64,000 nt of DNA from Candidatus Latescibacterota bacterium (GTDB taxonomy: Bacteria > Latescibacterota > UBA2968 > GCA-2709665), in assembly GCA_965116875.1 (NCBI GenBank), contig OZ220733.1:800001-864000 (forward strand). The letters run 5' to 3'. Made by a program: the position numbers and the translations under genes. Below are positions 20,332 to 29,701 of this stretch, in pieces. The first letter of the stretch is position 1; every line of letters begins with the position of its first letter. The notes beneath the pieces are model-generated. The model worked only from the letters and a program-made list of their open reading frames with translations. It was not told the origin of the DNA and ran no database searches.

Positions 20332-21718
20332 CCAATCGGGCCAGAATGCCGAGAAAACACGCGTGCCAGAAAATCAACCGGTTGCCCATCATCGTATTGT
20401 CGCTGACAATATATACCAGCAGCGCCGCGTAGACCGCAAGAAACGCAACGCAAAACCCCTTCAGTTGCGGATCGTCGGTGCGGCGAAACATGCCGTAGGC
20501 GATCCGCAGTCCCCTGAAGAATATCCAGAGAAAAGCGATCACGCCCACAATTCCCATTCGCATCATAATCGTCAGATAGGTGTTGTCAACGCCGCCGGAC
20601 GTAAATACGTAGGGCCGGGAGTACTCGTCGAACCTCAGATAGGAGATCGTGGTTCCATGTCCTCCACCCAGTAACGGCCGCTCCCATATCTTCTCCAGCG
20701 CCAGCGCATACGCCAGCAGACGACCCTGGATCTCCAGGTCGCCCTCGGTTACGGTACGCCGCAAACGATGAGCCGCGATGTCCTCCACGCCCGCGCCGGT
20801 GAACTGCTGGAAATAATAGCCAAGGCCCAGCAGCAAGACGGGAATCAGCAACAATATCAGAAGCCGCCGTCCACGATGCCTCCCGCGGTCCAGCAGTACC
20901 AGCCCCCCCACGCAGAACAGACCGAACAACAGGCTGCCCCACATCGCGCGTCCCATCGTGACAACCAGCGCAAGACCTATAGGAACAAGAAGAAGGCCGC
21001 CAACCGTGCGCCGAACCGGCGACGTGTCGTACAGGAAAGCCGCCGCGAGAACCAGAACCCCCATCGGAAGCAGCAGCCCCTCCCGCCTGGCGACCCGGTA
21101 GAATGCCCCCGCATACGAGAGATCGACGGTCCGGACGAATTCAATAAGGTACTCTACTCCCACGACAGCCGCGGAAATCACCAGCACGGCCAGAAACATC
21201 CCGCGCCTGCGCAGGTCGAAAAAGCCCGTTACGACGAAGAACAGCACGTAGTAAAGAGGATATCGCACGTCCCGCATCACCTGCCGAACGTCCTGCCCGT
21301 AAATCAGACCCAGCCCTATCGAGGCCACCACCAGCCCGAGAAAAACCAGCATCGGACGATCCAGCCGGGTACGCCGCCAGCTCAGCTTCCGTTCCTGCAG
21401 CCATGCGACGAACGCCACACCCCATACCACCAGGAACAGCGCTTCGCAGAAGTGCAGATTCCGGGGCAGCATGAGATGCTCTTCGTAAAACTCGGAGGGG
21501 ATTACGGAGGCGATAAAGCAGAGATACAAAAGCGCGGAAGTGACTGAGGTCATCAGGGCGATACCGGAAATCACAATCAGGCTGACGGTGATTAGCGGAA
21601 TGACCTCGCCGAAACGCCAGGCGGGCAGCGCGATCAGCGCGAGTTGCGCGAGACACAGGGCCGGGATCACCCACCGTCCGTGTATCCGTGCGGTCGAGCC
21701 GCCCGATTCCATTGCCAT
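20273..21718 (-). CDS. O-antigen ligase/polymerase (Wzy_C/WaaL-like)
   Basis: Polytopic; TMGRAMW, GR..AY..ALEKIWERPLLGGG.G, VDNTYL...MGIVG. Confidence 0.85.
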   Translation of the reverse strand: MAMESGGSTARIHGRWVIPALCLAQLALIALPAWRFGEVIPLITVSLIVISGIALMTSVTSALLYLCFIASVIPSEFYEEHLMLPRNLHFCEALFLVVWGVAFVAWLQERKLSWRRTRLDRPMLVFLGLVVASIGLGLIYGQDVRQVMRDVRYPLYYVLFFVVTGFFDLRRRGMFLAVLVISAAVVGVEYLIEFVRTVDLSYAGAFYRVARREGLLLPMGVLVLAAAFLYDTSPVRRTVGGLLLVPIGLALVVTMGRAMWGSLLFGLFCVGGLVLLDRGRHRGRRLLILLLIPVLLLGLGYYFQQFTGAGVEDIAAHRLRRTVTEGDLEIQGRLLAYALALEKIWERPLLGGGHGTTISYLRFDEYSRPYVFTSGGVDNTYLTIMMRMGIVGVIAFLWIFFRGLRIAYGMFRRTDDPQLKGFCVAFLAVYAALLVYIVSDNTMMGNRLIFWHACFLGILARLDGEADETGGDGGRGELELG

Positions 21719-21741
21719 CGGTCCCTTTCCCGTTCAGCTTC

Positions 21742-23430
21742 TCAGAAAAAATTGAGGTCAAGCGTGATGCGCAGGTCGTGGATGCCTCCATCCCCGCGCC
21801 TTCCGCCCTTCAGGGGTACGTTGCCGGCTCGCGTCTGCAGGTAGGTCGCGGAAATCACGAGATCGGAGAACGGCTCCAGGACGAGGTCGACACCGGCCTG
21901 CGAACGCTTCTCCACCGCGCCGCTCAGGAACTCCCGAACCGCGGGATCCTCAGGCCGCCGGCCCAGGCGCGCGTCTCCCCCCACGTTCGTCAGCGTGCCG
22001 TCCGAATTTTCGATATTCTCTCCAAGACGCGTCCTTTCGAAGCTGAGGGTTGCAGAAACCGAGGGAGAGAACCGGTGCGTCAACCGGGCCCAGAACCGGT
22101 CTGAATTCGGGCCGGTGGGATAACCCAGGAGCGCGTCGAAATGCGTGTACGCGTTGACGTTGAACCTGTGAGAATACACGAACGGTTCGATATGCACGAA
22201 CTCGGCTCGAAAATCCGTATCCCGCAGCCCGAACGCATCCGTCCAGAACACGCCCGCTTGCGCCGCGAGCTTGTTGGAAAAGTCACCAGGGCTGAACTTC
22301 CTCAAGTCATCCATGAATAACGCCAGGTACGTCTGAAACCGTTTGACAGGGCGAAGGGATATATCCAGCCCCGCAGCCAGGTTGTCCCTGTCTCCCACCG
22401 CCATCTGTGCGGCGGTCAGTACCGATACGGGAGACGCATACAGGAATTCGAAATCCCGGTCCCCGTAAATCACCGCCTCCTGGAATCCCAGACGGACGCG
22501 CGGAGAGACATCGACCTCCACGCGATGGGCCGCAATTGCTTTGGCGCGAAGAAACGTACGGCGGTGACCGTTGTCGAACCTCGTGCGGGAAGCGTCGATG
22601 AGATCCGAATCGGCTTCCAGAAATCCGAGAACGTGGATGAAGCGCACCCGCCTGTACGCCGTCCGGAATCGAACCATTCCGAAGGACGGTGCGAACGGCG
22701 CCATGAGCAGGTTGCCGCTCCTGCCGGGCCCCCAGTCCAGGCTGCCTTTTGCCGCATCCGCAGCAAACCAGCGCGTTGCCCAAACCAGTTGGCAGGTCGC
22801 TTCACGAAAGTCGGCCGCCTTCCCCTTGAATTGTACCAGTTCCACGGGCCGGGCAAGTACGTCCGCCCTGGTCAGCCGGGGGAGGGTGCTCCATTCCCTG
22901 GCCTCGAAGTGCCGGGCGCGAAAACCGATCCGGTCGCCAAGCGTGCCGCGGACAATCGCGCCGACGTGGGTTTGAGAAACCGTCTCTCTCTCTCTGACTT
23001 CGCCCCGAAGCAGAATCAATCGCTGTCGGAAGAGCGCGTCGACGGCGACCGACGCGGACGTATCCCGCCATGAATAAAGTGTGCGCGCCAACCGCTCGAA
23101 CACGCCGGCTTCGGCTGCGGACGGGGCATGGCCCAACCGTGCGGCCTCCGTGCGGAACGAGGACAGATGTCTCCGGAGTATCGCCCTTTCCGTCCCCGAC
23201 ATCGCGGCCAGCGCATCGCCATTCCGCAGGACCTGAATCAGAAGCCGGGCGACCTCAAGACGGGTGTAGGGCCTGATCTGCGACGCGGCCGGGTCCAGCC
23301 AGCCATGGACGTCGTACCGGTCTAGCGTACGATAAACCGTATGGGTAAGCGGGACGTCCGGAGTATTGTCACCCGCGTGGACAATCCGCGACAGGGAGAG
23401 AACAGCCAGGAACAGGGTTACGGATCTCAC
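21742..23430 (-). CDS. Outer-membrane beta-barrel, capsule assembly Wzi family
   Basis: Signal peptide, RPYTRLEV, WGPGRSGNL, AAHRVE, EAVIYG, DN, LGYPTGPNS, terminal F. Confidence 0.8.
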   Translation of the reverse strand: MRSVTLFLAVLSLSRIVHAGDNTPDVPLTHTVYRTLDRYDVHGWLDPAASQIRPYTRLEVARLLIQVLRNGDALAAMSGTERAILRRHLSSFRTEAARLGHAPSAAEAGVFERLARTLYSWRDTSASVAVDALFRQRLILLRGEVRERETVSQTHVGAIVRGTLGDRIGFRARHFEAREWSTLPRLTRADVLARPVELVQFKGKAADFREATCQLVWATRWFAADAAKGSLDWGPGRSGNLLMAPFAPSFGMVRFRTAYRRVRFIHVLGFLEADSDLIDASRTRFDNGHRRTFLRAKAIAAHRVEVDVSPRVRLGFQEAVIYGDRDFEFLYASPVSVLTAAQMAVGDRDNLAAGLDISLRPVKRFQTYLALFMDDLRKFSPGDFSNKLAAQAGVFWTDAFGLRDTDFRAEFVHIEPFVYSHRFNVNAYTHFDALLGYPTGPNSDRFWARLTHRFSPSVSATLSFERTRLGENIENSDGTLTNVGGDARLGRRPEDPAVREFLSGAVEKRSQAGVDLVLEPFSDLVISATYLQTRAGNVPLKGGRRGDGGIHDLRITLDLNFF

Positions 23431-23581
23431 GACGTCTTATCCGGAGAATCTGGACTCCGTGGAAGATCGACCTTGCACTACCGTCGATGCGGCTGTGCCG
23501 GCAGACACGCCCACCGCCACGCCCGAACCGGCGTAGAAACACCAGTTTCCCGATTCCCCGGGCCTGGCGACGGTTTGCCCA

Positions 23582-23609
23582 ATTATACCATAACCCCGTG
23601 AATTGTCAA
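23582..23609 (-). promoter_or_regulatory. sigma70 promoter of the glycan operon
   Basis: Perfect TTGACA-16 bp-TATAAT with TG extension on the minus strand. Confidence 0.75.
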
Positions 23610-23657
23610 GCGAACGGCCTCCCACGCTCAGGTTGCCGAGCGTGTCATCGAAATCCC

Positions 23658-23686
23658 TTGACTTTACCTGCTCAACCTGCTATTAT
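23658..23686 (+). promoter_or_regulatory. sigma70 promoter of the BMC operon
   Basis: TTGACT-17 bp-TATTAT with TG extension. Confidence 0.7.
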
Positions 23687-23815
23687 TCGCGTCTTGAATT
23701 CGGATTCGCACCTGTCTTCGATCCACCAGACGACCCATTCGCGTCCTGCCCCGGAAACGAGTCGCCGTTCGGCAAAACACGTCCGGGGCCGAACACGATT
23801 GCGGGACGCGTCCCG

Positions 23816-24532
23816 ATGGTACAGACATTCAAACCTGCTTCCGAATGCGCGGACTGCAAGCTGTGCCAGCGAGGGCGGGAGGCCGCGCCAGGCAACGGCT
23901 CGCCGGATATCGCCCACGTCGTCCGGGAAGTCATCGGGAGGATTCGGAACGGAAAAGAAGGCCTCCTCGAGGTTCCGGTGGGTGTCTCCGCAAGGCACTG
24001 TCACCTGGACCGTACGGCCATGGATATCCTCTTCGGGGCCGGATCGGAACTCACACCCTACAGAGAACTCTTTCAGCCGGGCGCCTATGCGGCTGAAGAG
24101 TGCGTCTCTGTTATCGGGCCCCGGCTACGCGCCATCGAGCGCGTCCGGATTCTGGGACCCGCCCGGGACTACAACCAGGTCGAATTGGCCCGTACGGACG
24201 CCATCTTTCTGGGTCTGGACCCCCCTGTGCGGGACTCCGGCGACCTGAAAGGCGCCCAGCGGGTCACTTTTGTGGGTCCAAAGGGATCCCTTACGGTGCC
24301 TGCCGCTATCCGCGCCGTCCGGCACCTCCATCTCCGCCCTGCCGACGTTGTGGAGATGGGCCTGACCGGGCGCAGCGCCGTTCGCGCTCATATCGGCGGC
24401 GAAAAGGGTCTCACCTTTGAAAACGTCAGGCTGAAAATCGACCCCGGCTATCTGCCCGAACTCCATCTGGACACCGACGACGCCAACGCGGCCGACCTTG
24501 TCTGCGGAGGCAAGGCATACATCGAATCGTAA
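23816..24532 (+). CDS. pduL: BMC phosphate acyltransferase PduL with N-terminal CxxCxxC and encapsulation peptide
   Basis: VPVGVSARHCHL, LFQPG.YA, VRILGP.R...QVELARTD...LGL.PPVRDSGDL, RHLHL, ELHLDTDDANAA. Confidence 0.93.
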   Translation: MVQTFKPASECADCKLCQRGREAAPGNGSPDIAHVVREVIGRIRNGKEGLLEVPVGVSARHCHLDRTAMDILFGAGSELTPYRELFQPGAYAAEECVSVIGPRLRAIERVRILGPARDYNQVELARTDAIFLGLDPPVRDSGDLKGAQRVTFVGPKGSLTVPAAIRAVRHLHLRPADVVEMGLTGRSAVRAHIGGEKGLTFENVRLKIDPGYLPELHLDTDDANAADLVCGGKAYIES

Positions 24533-24694
24533 GAAGCCGTCTTAAAATTCCCTGCGGTCTTCGCACGGCTGCAAAAGCGCCGGTCGGCGTTGGTCAAACC
24601 CACCCGTATAGACAAATATGGGCGGGTTTTCCCGCCTTGACCGCCACTTTTTCGCTCGTGCTCGGGAACTCACCGGTAATTTTAAAACGGCTTC
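24533..24694 (+). mobile_element. Family A MITE (162 bp)
   Basis: Terminal inverted repeats (TIRs) gaagccgtcttaaaatt / aattttaaaacggcttc; starts immediately after the pduL TAA; near-identical to the other copies. Confidence 0.9.
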
Positions 24695-24721
24695 TGAGAA
24701 GCTGTACTCTTTCGCTCACCC

Positions 24722-26149
24722 ATGTCAACCAACGCGCGGATCTTCATCCTGGTGGTCTTGCTGACGCCACCGGCGGTTGCCTGTTATCACCGGGTGCAGA
24801 TGGACGATCCGTATATCACGTACCGATACGCGCGAAACCTCGCGGAAGGGCGTGGCTTCATCTATAACGAAGGCGAACGGGTGCTTGGAACCACGGCGCC
24901 GCTCTACGCCGTGCTCCTCTCCGTTCCCGGCCGGTTTTCCGGAAACTATCCGCTGATCAGCACCCTTTTCAGCGGCGCCGCGCTGGGGGCGCTTGGATGG
25001 CTGATCGGGCGCATTCTGGCAGACTTCAATGAAGGCAGGGCCGGTTTCGTCGCCGCGTTTCTGGTGGTTCTGAATCCGTATCTCGGCGACGTACTCGGCT
25101 TTGAACTGATTCTGTTCCAGGCGCTGATATTCGGCGGCTACGCGGCCTACTTTTCGGACCGCCCGAGCCTCGCGGCGCTGCTGCTTGCGCTTGGCGCGCT
25201 CACCCGCGGGGACGGACTCGTACCCGCCGGTCTCATCCTGGGACACCACCTGTGGATTCACAGGCGAGAGGCCTGGCGGCCGCTCCTTGTCTTCGCCGTT
25301 GTTGTTGGCGGGTGGTCGATCTACGCGGCGTGGACTTTCGGATCGCCCTTTCCCAATACGCTCGAGGCAAAGCGGGCCATGGGCGCAAGCGGGCTGTGGC
25401 GGTCGCTGTGGCACGGTGTTTTCTATACGGGCGGGCGTTATCTGCAGTCGTCGCCGTTGTTCGTCTGGTTCGTGCTGCCGGCGGTCCTGGGCGTGGGGAG
25501 GATGTTCCGTCTGGACAGGCGGTTTCTGCTCATCGCGGGCTGGCCGTTGCTCATCTTTGTCGGGTATTGGGCGATGGGCGTACCGGCGGCCTACAACTAT
25601 TACGCCGGACTCGTGCCGTTCCTGATGATCCTGACCGCTCTGGGCACGGTCTCGCTGGGCCGCCGGATCGCGGACAGGTTGTCCGACCGGCGTCGTCATG
25701 AAGGCCGGGTAATCGCGCTGCTTTGCGTTCCGCTTCTGGTTGCCGTCCTGGTCCCGACTGTCAGCCTGATGGGGCGGGAACCCCAGCCGAGATACCCGAT
25801 CTACAGGTCGGCGGGTGAGTGGCTCGCCGATCATACACCTGCGGCGGCTTCCGTCGGAATGGTCGAAATCGGCATCGTGGGTTTTTACAGCGACCGGTAC
25901 GTTGTGGACGTCTGCGGTCTGGTCACCCCTGCGGTCGGCCCCCATATCGCCGCGGGGGACGTTGCCTGGCCCGTCCGGACGTACAGGCCGGACTTCATGC
26001 TCCTGCACGATCCACTATGGGATTCGCTGGAAGGCCCGATTGCATCCGCGCCCTGGTTTCGGGAATCCTACAAACGCATCAGGTCCTTCGACGGCCCGCG
26101 CCCCTACAAGCTGGCCGTCTATAAAAGAAAGCAGATCGGTTCTCACTAA
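24722..26149 (+). CDS. GT-C fold membrane glycosyltransferase (AftB/arabinofuranosyltransferase-like)
   Basis: [53 protein letters not shown]...VDVCGLV. Confidence 0.8.
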   Translation: MSTNARIFILVVLLTPPAVACYHRVQMDDPYITYRYARNLAEGRGFIYNEGERVLGTTAPLYAVLLSVPGRFSGNYPLISTLFSGAALGALGWLIGRILADFNEGRAGFVAAFLVVLNPYLGDVLGFELILFQALIFGGYAAYFSDRPSLAALLLALGALTRGDGLVPAGLILGHHLWIHRREAWRPLLVFAVVVGGWSIYAAWTFGSPFPNTLEAKRAMGASGLWRSLWHGVFYTGGRYLQSSPLFVWFVLPAVLGVGRMFRLDRRFLLIAGWPLLIFVGYWAMGVPAAYNYYAGLVPFLMILTALGTVSLGRRIADRLSDRRRHEGRVIALLCVPLLVAVLVPTVSLMGREPQPRYPIYRSAGEWLADHTPAAASVGMVEIGIVGFYSDRYVVDVCGLVTPAVGPHIAAGDVAWPVRTYRPDFMLLHDPLWDSLEGPIASAPWFRESYKRIRSFDGPRPYKLAVYKRKQIGSH

Positions 26150-26217
26150 AGAAAAACAGGCGAGCGCCTTTCCCGTCTCGTTCTGTATCGAACACACCTA
26201 ACAGGAGGAATCGCGAC

Positions 26218-26499
26218 ATGGGTGAAGCCCTCGGCATGATCGAAACCAGAGGTCTGGTGGCAATGATCGAAGCTACCGACGCCATGGTGAAAGCGGCCAA
26301 TGTAAAGCTGGTCAACTGGGAAAAAATCGGCGCGGGCTACGTGACCGCCGTTGTCCGGGGGGACGTGGCCGCCGTCAAAGCCGCCACCGAGGCGGGCGCC
26401 GCCGCCGCCGGCAAGATCGGTGAACTGATTTCCGTCCATGTCATTCCGCGCCCTCATGGCAGCCTCGAAGACGTGCTGCCCATTGGAAAATCGTCCTGA
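26218..26499 (+). CDS. BMC shell hexamer (BMC-H, EutM/PduA-like)
   Basis: [26 protein letters not shown]...[10 protein letters not shown]...HVIPRPH; AGGAGG RBS. Confidence 0.97.
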   Translation: MGEALGMIETRGLVAMIEATDAMVKAANVKLVNWEKIGAGYVTAVVRGDVAAVKAATEAGAAAAGKIGELISVHVIPRPHGSLEDVLPIGKSS

Positions 26500-26508
26500 G
26501 AAGCCTGT

Positions 26509-26670
26509 GAAGCTGTCTTAAAATTCCCAGCGGTCTTCGCGCGGCTGCAAAAGCGCCGGTCGGCATTGGTCAAACCCACCCGTATAGACAAATATGGGCG
26601 GGTTTTCCCGCCTTGACCGCCACTTTTTCGCTCGCGCTCGGGAACTCACCGGCAATTTTAAACCAACTTC
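26509..26670 (+). mobile_element. Family A MITE (162 bp)
   Basis: gaagctgtcttaaaattccc...ggcaattttaaaccaacttc. Confidence 0.9.
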
Positions 26671-26682
26671 TGAGCGTTTATC

Positions 26683-26979
26683 ATGATTCTGGGCAAAGTG
26701 GTGGGGACGGTTGTCGCCACCCAGAAAGACAAGGGCCTCGAGGGGTTCAAGCTCCAGGTCGTGCAAACCCTGGATATGCAGACGCTGAAGCCGGGAAGCC
26801 GATTCCTGATTGCGGTGGACGCCGTCGGCGCCGGGGCCAATGAAGTCGTCCTGTGCACAAGCGGAAGTTCCGCCCGGATGACCGGCTCCACCGAAGACCG
26901 TCCGGTCGACGCGGTCGTCGTCGCCATCGTCGATTCGGTGGAAATGGAGGGTGAAACGACGTACCGGAAACACGCATGA
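26683..26979 (+). CDS. BMC vertex pentamer (BMC-P, EutN/CcmL)
   Basis: MILGKVVGTVVATQK...AVDAVGAG..EVVL..SGSSAR...PVDAVVVAIVD. Confidence 0.96.
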   Translation: MILGKVVGTVVATQKDKGLEGFKLQVVQTLDMQTLKPGSRFLIAVDAVGAGANEVVLCTSGSSARMTGSTEDRPVDAVVVAIVDSVEMEGETTYRKHA

Positions 26980-27070
26980 ATGAACCTTGACACGTAATTG
27001 TTCACCGACCTGAATGTCGAATAAATACAGATGAGCAAAGACGAATGGACGTCGAATTTCCAGGATGCCC

Positions 27071-27369
27071 GGTGAGACGGTAGACGTAAGCCGGGAGAGG
27101 GTAGAGAACCCCACGACACCCCACCACCTGGTGAGACGTAAGCCGGGAGAGGGTAGAGAACCCCACGACACCCCACCACCTGGTGAGACGTAAGCCGGGA
27201 GAGGGTAGAGATCGCCTGCCGTGTAAGGTTTCCTGCCAGGCCGCAGGCGAGTCGGAGGAACATATCGGCAAGGGCTTCTTCTACCGTCTCACCTCTACCG
27301 TCTCCCCTCATTTATTCTACCGTCTTACGTCTTGCGTCTACCCGATTTTCTCACCTCTACCGTCTCACC
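27071..27369. repeat. 2.5 exact copies of a 52-bp tandem unit, enclosed by inverted GGTGAGACGGTAGA / TCTACCGTCTCACC motifs
   Basis: Unit agacgtaagccgggagagggtagagaaccccacgacaccccaccacctggtg starts at 27082, 27134 and 27186; tctaccgtct recurs four times in 27280-27369. Confidence 0.9.
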
Positions 27370-27400
27370 GCATTCAGGCTTTTTGTGGTCAATTTGACTG

Positions 27401-28837
27401 ATGAATCTCAACGAAGCGCAAATCAGATCTGTCGTAGAGGAAGTCGTTCGCACCCTCGCTCCGGAAGCGCAGGCCCCCGCGGTCGTCTCGTCCCGCGCCC
27501 GGACGGGCGGCAACGGGGACGACGGCATCTTCGAACGACTGGACAGCGCGATCGACGCGGCCGGCGCGGCCCAGCGCGAACTGGAAGCCCTTTCTCTCGA
27601 AGCCAGGCGCGAAATCATCGAGGCCATTCGAAAGGCGGCGCTGGACCATGCCAAGGGCCTCGCGCAGATGACCATCGACGAGACCGGTATGGGCAGAATT
27701 GCCCACAAGATCCGGAAATTCGACGTGGTTGCCCGTCTCACCCCTGGCGTCGAGGACCTGGAACCGGTGGCCTGGACCGGAGACCGCGGGCTGACCGTTG
27801 TGGAGCTGGCGCCCTTCGGCGTCGTTGCCGCGGTCACACCCTCCACGCATCCGGTCCCCACGACCGTGAACAACGCCATCAGCCTGATCGCAGCGGGAAA
27901 CAGCGCCGTATTTGCGCCCCATCCTGCCGCGAAAAACGTCTCCCAGCTGGGCATTCAGATCCTCAACCGGGCGATCGTCGACGCAGGGGGACCTCCAAAC
28001 CTGTTAACCACTGTGCACGAACCCGGTATTCAGATCGCGCAGGATCTCTTCGTCCACCCGAAAATCGATCTCGTTCTGGTTACGGGCGGGGGCGGCGTTG
28101 TCAAGGCCGCGATGCGCGCGCCGAAACGGGTCATTGCCGCGGGACCCGGAAATCCACCGGTGGTGGTCGATGAGACCGCCGACCTCGACGTGGCCGCGGA
28201 GGGAATCGTGGAAGGCGGCGCATTTGACAACAATATCCTTTGCATTGGTGAAAAGGAGATTTTCGTCGTCGAGTCCGTCGCCGACGAACTCAAGCAATCC
28301 CTGCTTGCCAGGGGATGCGTGGAGCTGGACCGCGGTCAGATAAAAAGCCTGACCGGACACGCGTTCACTGCAGACAAGGGCGGGGAACGCACCGTAAACC
28401 GGGAATTCGTGGGCCGAAACCCGCATGTTCTGGCCGAGAGCATCGGCCTGAACGTTCCGCCCGAAACGGAGTTGCTGGTTGGCGAGGTTGAATGCTCGCA
28501 TCCCTTCACGCAGAACGAGCAGATGATGCCGTTCATTCCAATTGTCCGCGTGCCCGATGTCAACGCCGGCATCGAAAGGGCCGTGGAGGCCGAGCATGGA
28601 TATCGCCACACGGCCGTCATGCACTCGAAGAACGTGGAAAACATGACCAACATGGCCCGGGCGTGCCGCTGCAGTCTCTTTATCAAGAACGGACCGTCCA
28701 CTGCCGGCGTGGGGGCCGGCGGCGAAGGATACACCTCGTTCTCCATCGCCACGCCCACCGGCGAGGGCTGCACGTCGGCCAGAACCTTCACACGCCAGCG
28801 GCGCTGCACGCTGGTCGACTATTTCAGGATCGTCTGA
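27401..28837 (+). CDS. BMC CoA-acylating aldehyde dehydrogenase (EutE/PduP family)
   Basis: N-terminal encapsulation peptide EAQIRSVVEEVVRTL; PSTHP, TGGGGVV, AGPGNPP, FDNNILC (catalytic Cys), EQMMP, TPTGEG.TSARTF. Confidence 0.95.
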   Translation: MNLNEAQIRSVVEEVVRTLAPEAQAPAVVSSRARTGGNGDDGIFERLDSAIDAAGAAQRELEALSLEARREIIEAIRKAALDHAKGLAQMTIDETGMGRIAHKIRKFDVVARLTPGVEDLEPVAWTGDRGLTVVELAPFGVVAAVTPSTHPVPTTVNNAISLIAAGNSAVFAPHPAAKNVSQLGIQILNRAIVDAGGPPNLLTTVHEPGIQIAQDLFVHPKIDLVLVTGGGGVVKAAMRAPKRVIAAGPGNPPVVVDETADLDVAAEGIVEGGAFDNNILCIGEKEIFVVESVADELKQSLLARGCVELDRGQIKSLTGHAFTADKGGERTVNREFVGRNPHVLAESIGLNVPPETELLVGEVECSHPFTQNEQMMPFIPIVRVPDVNAGIERAVEAEHGYRHTAVMHSKNVENMTNMARACRCSLFIKNGPSTAGVGAGGEGYTSFSIATPTGEGCTSARTFTRQRRCTLVDYFRIV

Positions 28838-28859
28838 AATCCGGCGAGGGCCGTCCTTA

Positions 28860-29021
28860 GAAGCTGTCTTAAAATTCCCAGCGGTCTTCGCGCGGCTGCA
28901 AAAGCGCCGGTCGGCGTTGGTCAAATCCACCCGTATAGACAAATATGGGCGGATTTTCCCGCCTTGACCGCCGCATTTTCGCTCGCGCTCGGGAATTCAC
29001 CGGTAATTTTAAAACAGCTTC
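28860..29021 (+). mobile_element. Family A MITE (162 bp) with perfect TTA target duplication
   Basis: tta|gaagctgtc...acagcttc|tta. Confidence 0.92.
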
Positions 29022-29050
29022 TTACGTTCCAATTTCAATGCCAGGTGTCC

Positions 29051-29326
29051 ATGCAACTCGGCCGGGTCACAGGAAGAATCGTAGCCACAAGGAAAGACCC
29101 GACGCTCAATGGCGTCCGGCTGCTCGTTATCCGGCCTCTGGACCACCTCCGGAACGATCGTGGTGAAGCGCTGGTGGCCGTCGACGTGGTCAGCGCGGGA
29201 CAGGGTGAGACCGTCTACTGGGTCAGTGCGCGGGAAGCGCCCAACGCCCTGCCCGGGAAATACGGGCCGGTAGACGCCGCCATCGTCGGTATCGCCGACC
29301 GCATCGATATCCCAACCGAACAATGA
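29051..29326 (+). CDS. BMC vertex pentamer (BMC-P)
   Basis: MQLGRVTGRIVATRK...VAVDVVSAGQGE...PVDAAIVGIAD; the upstream ORF extension is MITE-derived. Confidence 0.95.
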   Translation: MQLGRVTGRIVATRKDPTLNGVRLLVIRPLDHLRNDRGEALVAVDVVSAGQGETVYWVSAREAPNALPGKYGPVDAAIVGIADRIDIPTEQ

Positions 29327-29372
29327 CCGAACCGCGCGCAGTTTTCCGGTCTTCCCCGAACCAGCGGACTCC

Positions 29373-29651
29373 ATGATTCTGGCTCGAGTCATTGGCAGCG
29401 TAGTGTCCACACTGAAACATCCGGCCTACAACGCCGCAAAACTGATGTTGGTACAACCCGTCCGGCCCGACGGCACAGACGAGAATCACACCCTGCTTGC
29501 CGTCGATGCGGCCGGCGCAGGCGCGGGCGAAACCGTCCTCGTCCTTCGCCAGGGCATTGCTGCCGCGCAGGTCCTGGGGGTGGACCGGCCGCCCATCCGC
29601 TCCGTTATCGTCGGGATCGTGGACCAGGTCGTCTGTGAGCAGCAACAATAA
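29373..29651 (+). CDS. BMC vertex pentamer (BMC-P)
   Basis: MILARVIGSVVSTLKH...AVDAAGAGAGE...PIRSVIVGIVD. Confidence 0.95.
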   Translation: MILARVIGSVVSTLKHPAYNAAKLMLVQPVRPDGTDENHTLLAVDAAGAGAGETVLVLRQGIAAAQVLGVDRPPIRSVIVGIVDQVVCEQQQ

Positions 29652-29701
29652 AAACAACTCGCAGCCATCGACGATCCGGGCTGTAAACAGGTCACACCGC
29701 C

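Noticed and set aside
27082-27211. Possible CRISPR array
   Set aside because: The 52-bp units are fully identical with no unique spacers, and no cas genes were recognised.
28945-29050. ORFs and N-terminal extensions beginning MTATFSL / MGGFSRLD / MSIRAGLT
   Set aside because: These are translations of the family A MITE rather than independent genes; the BMC-P, M23 and similar starts were trimmed accordingly.
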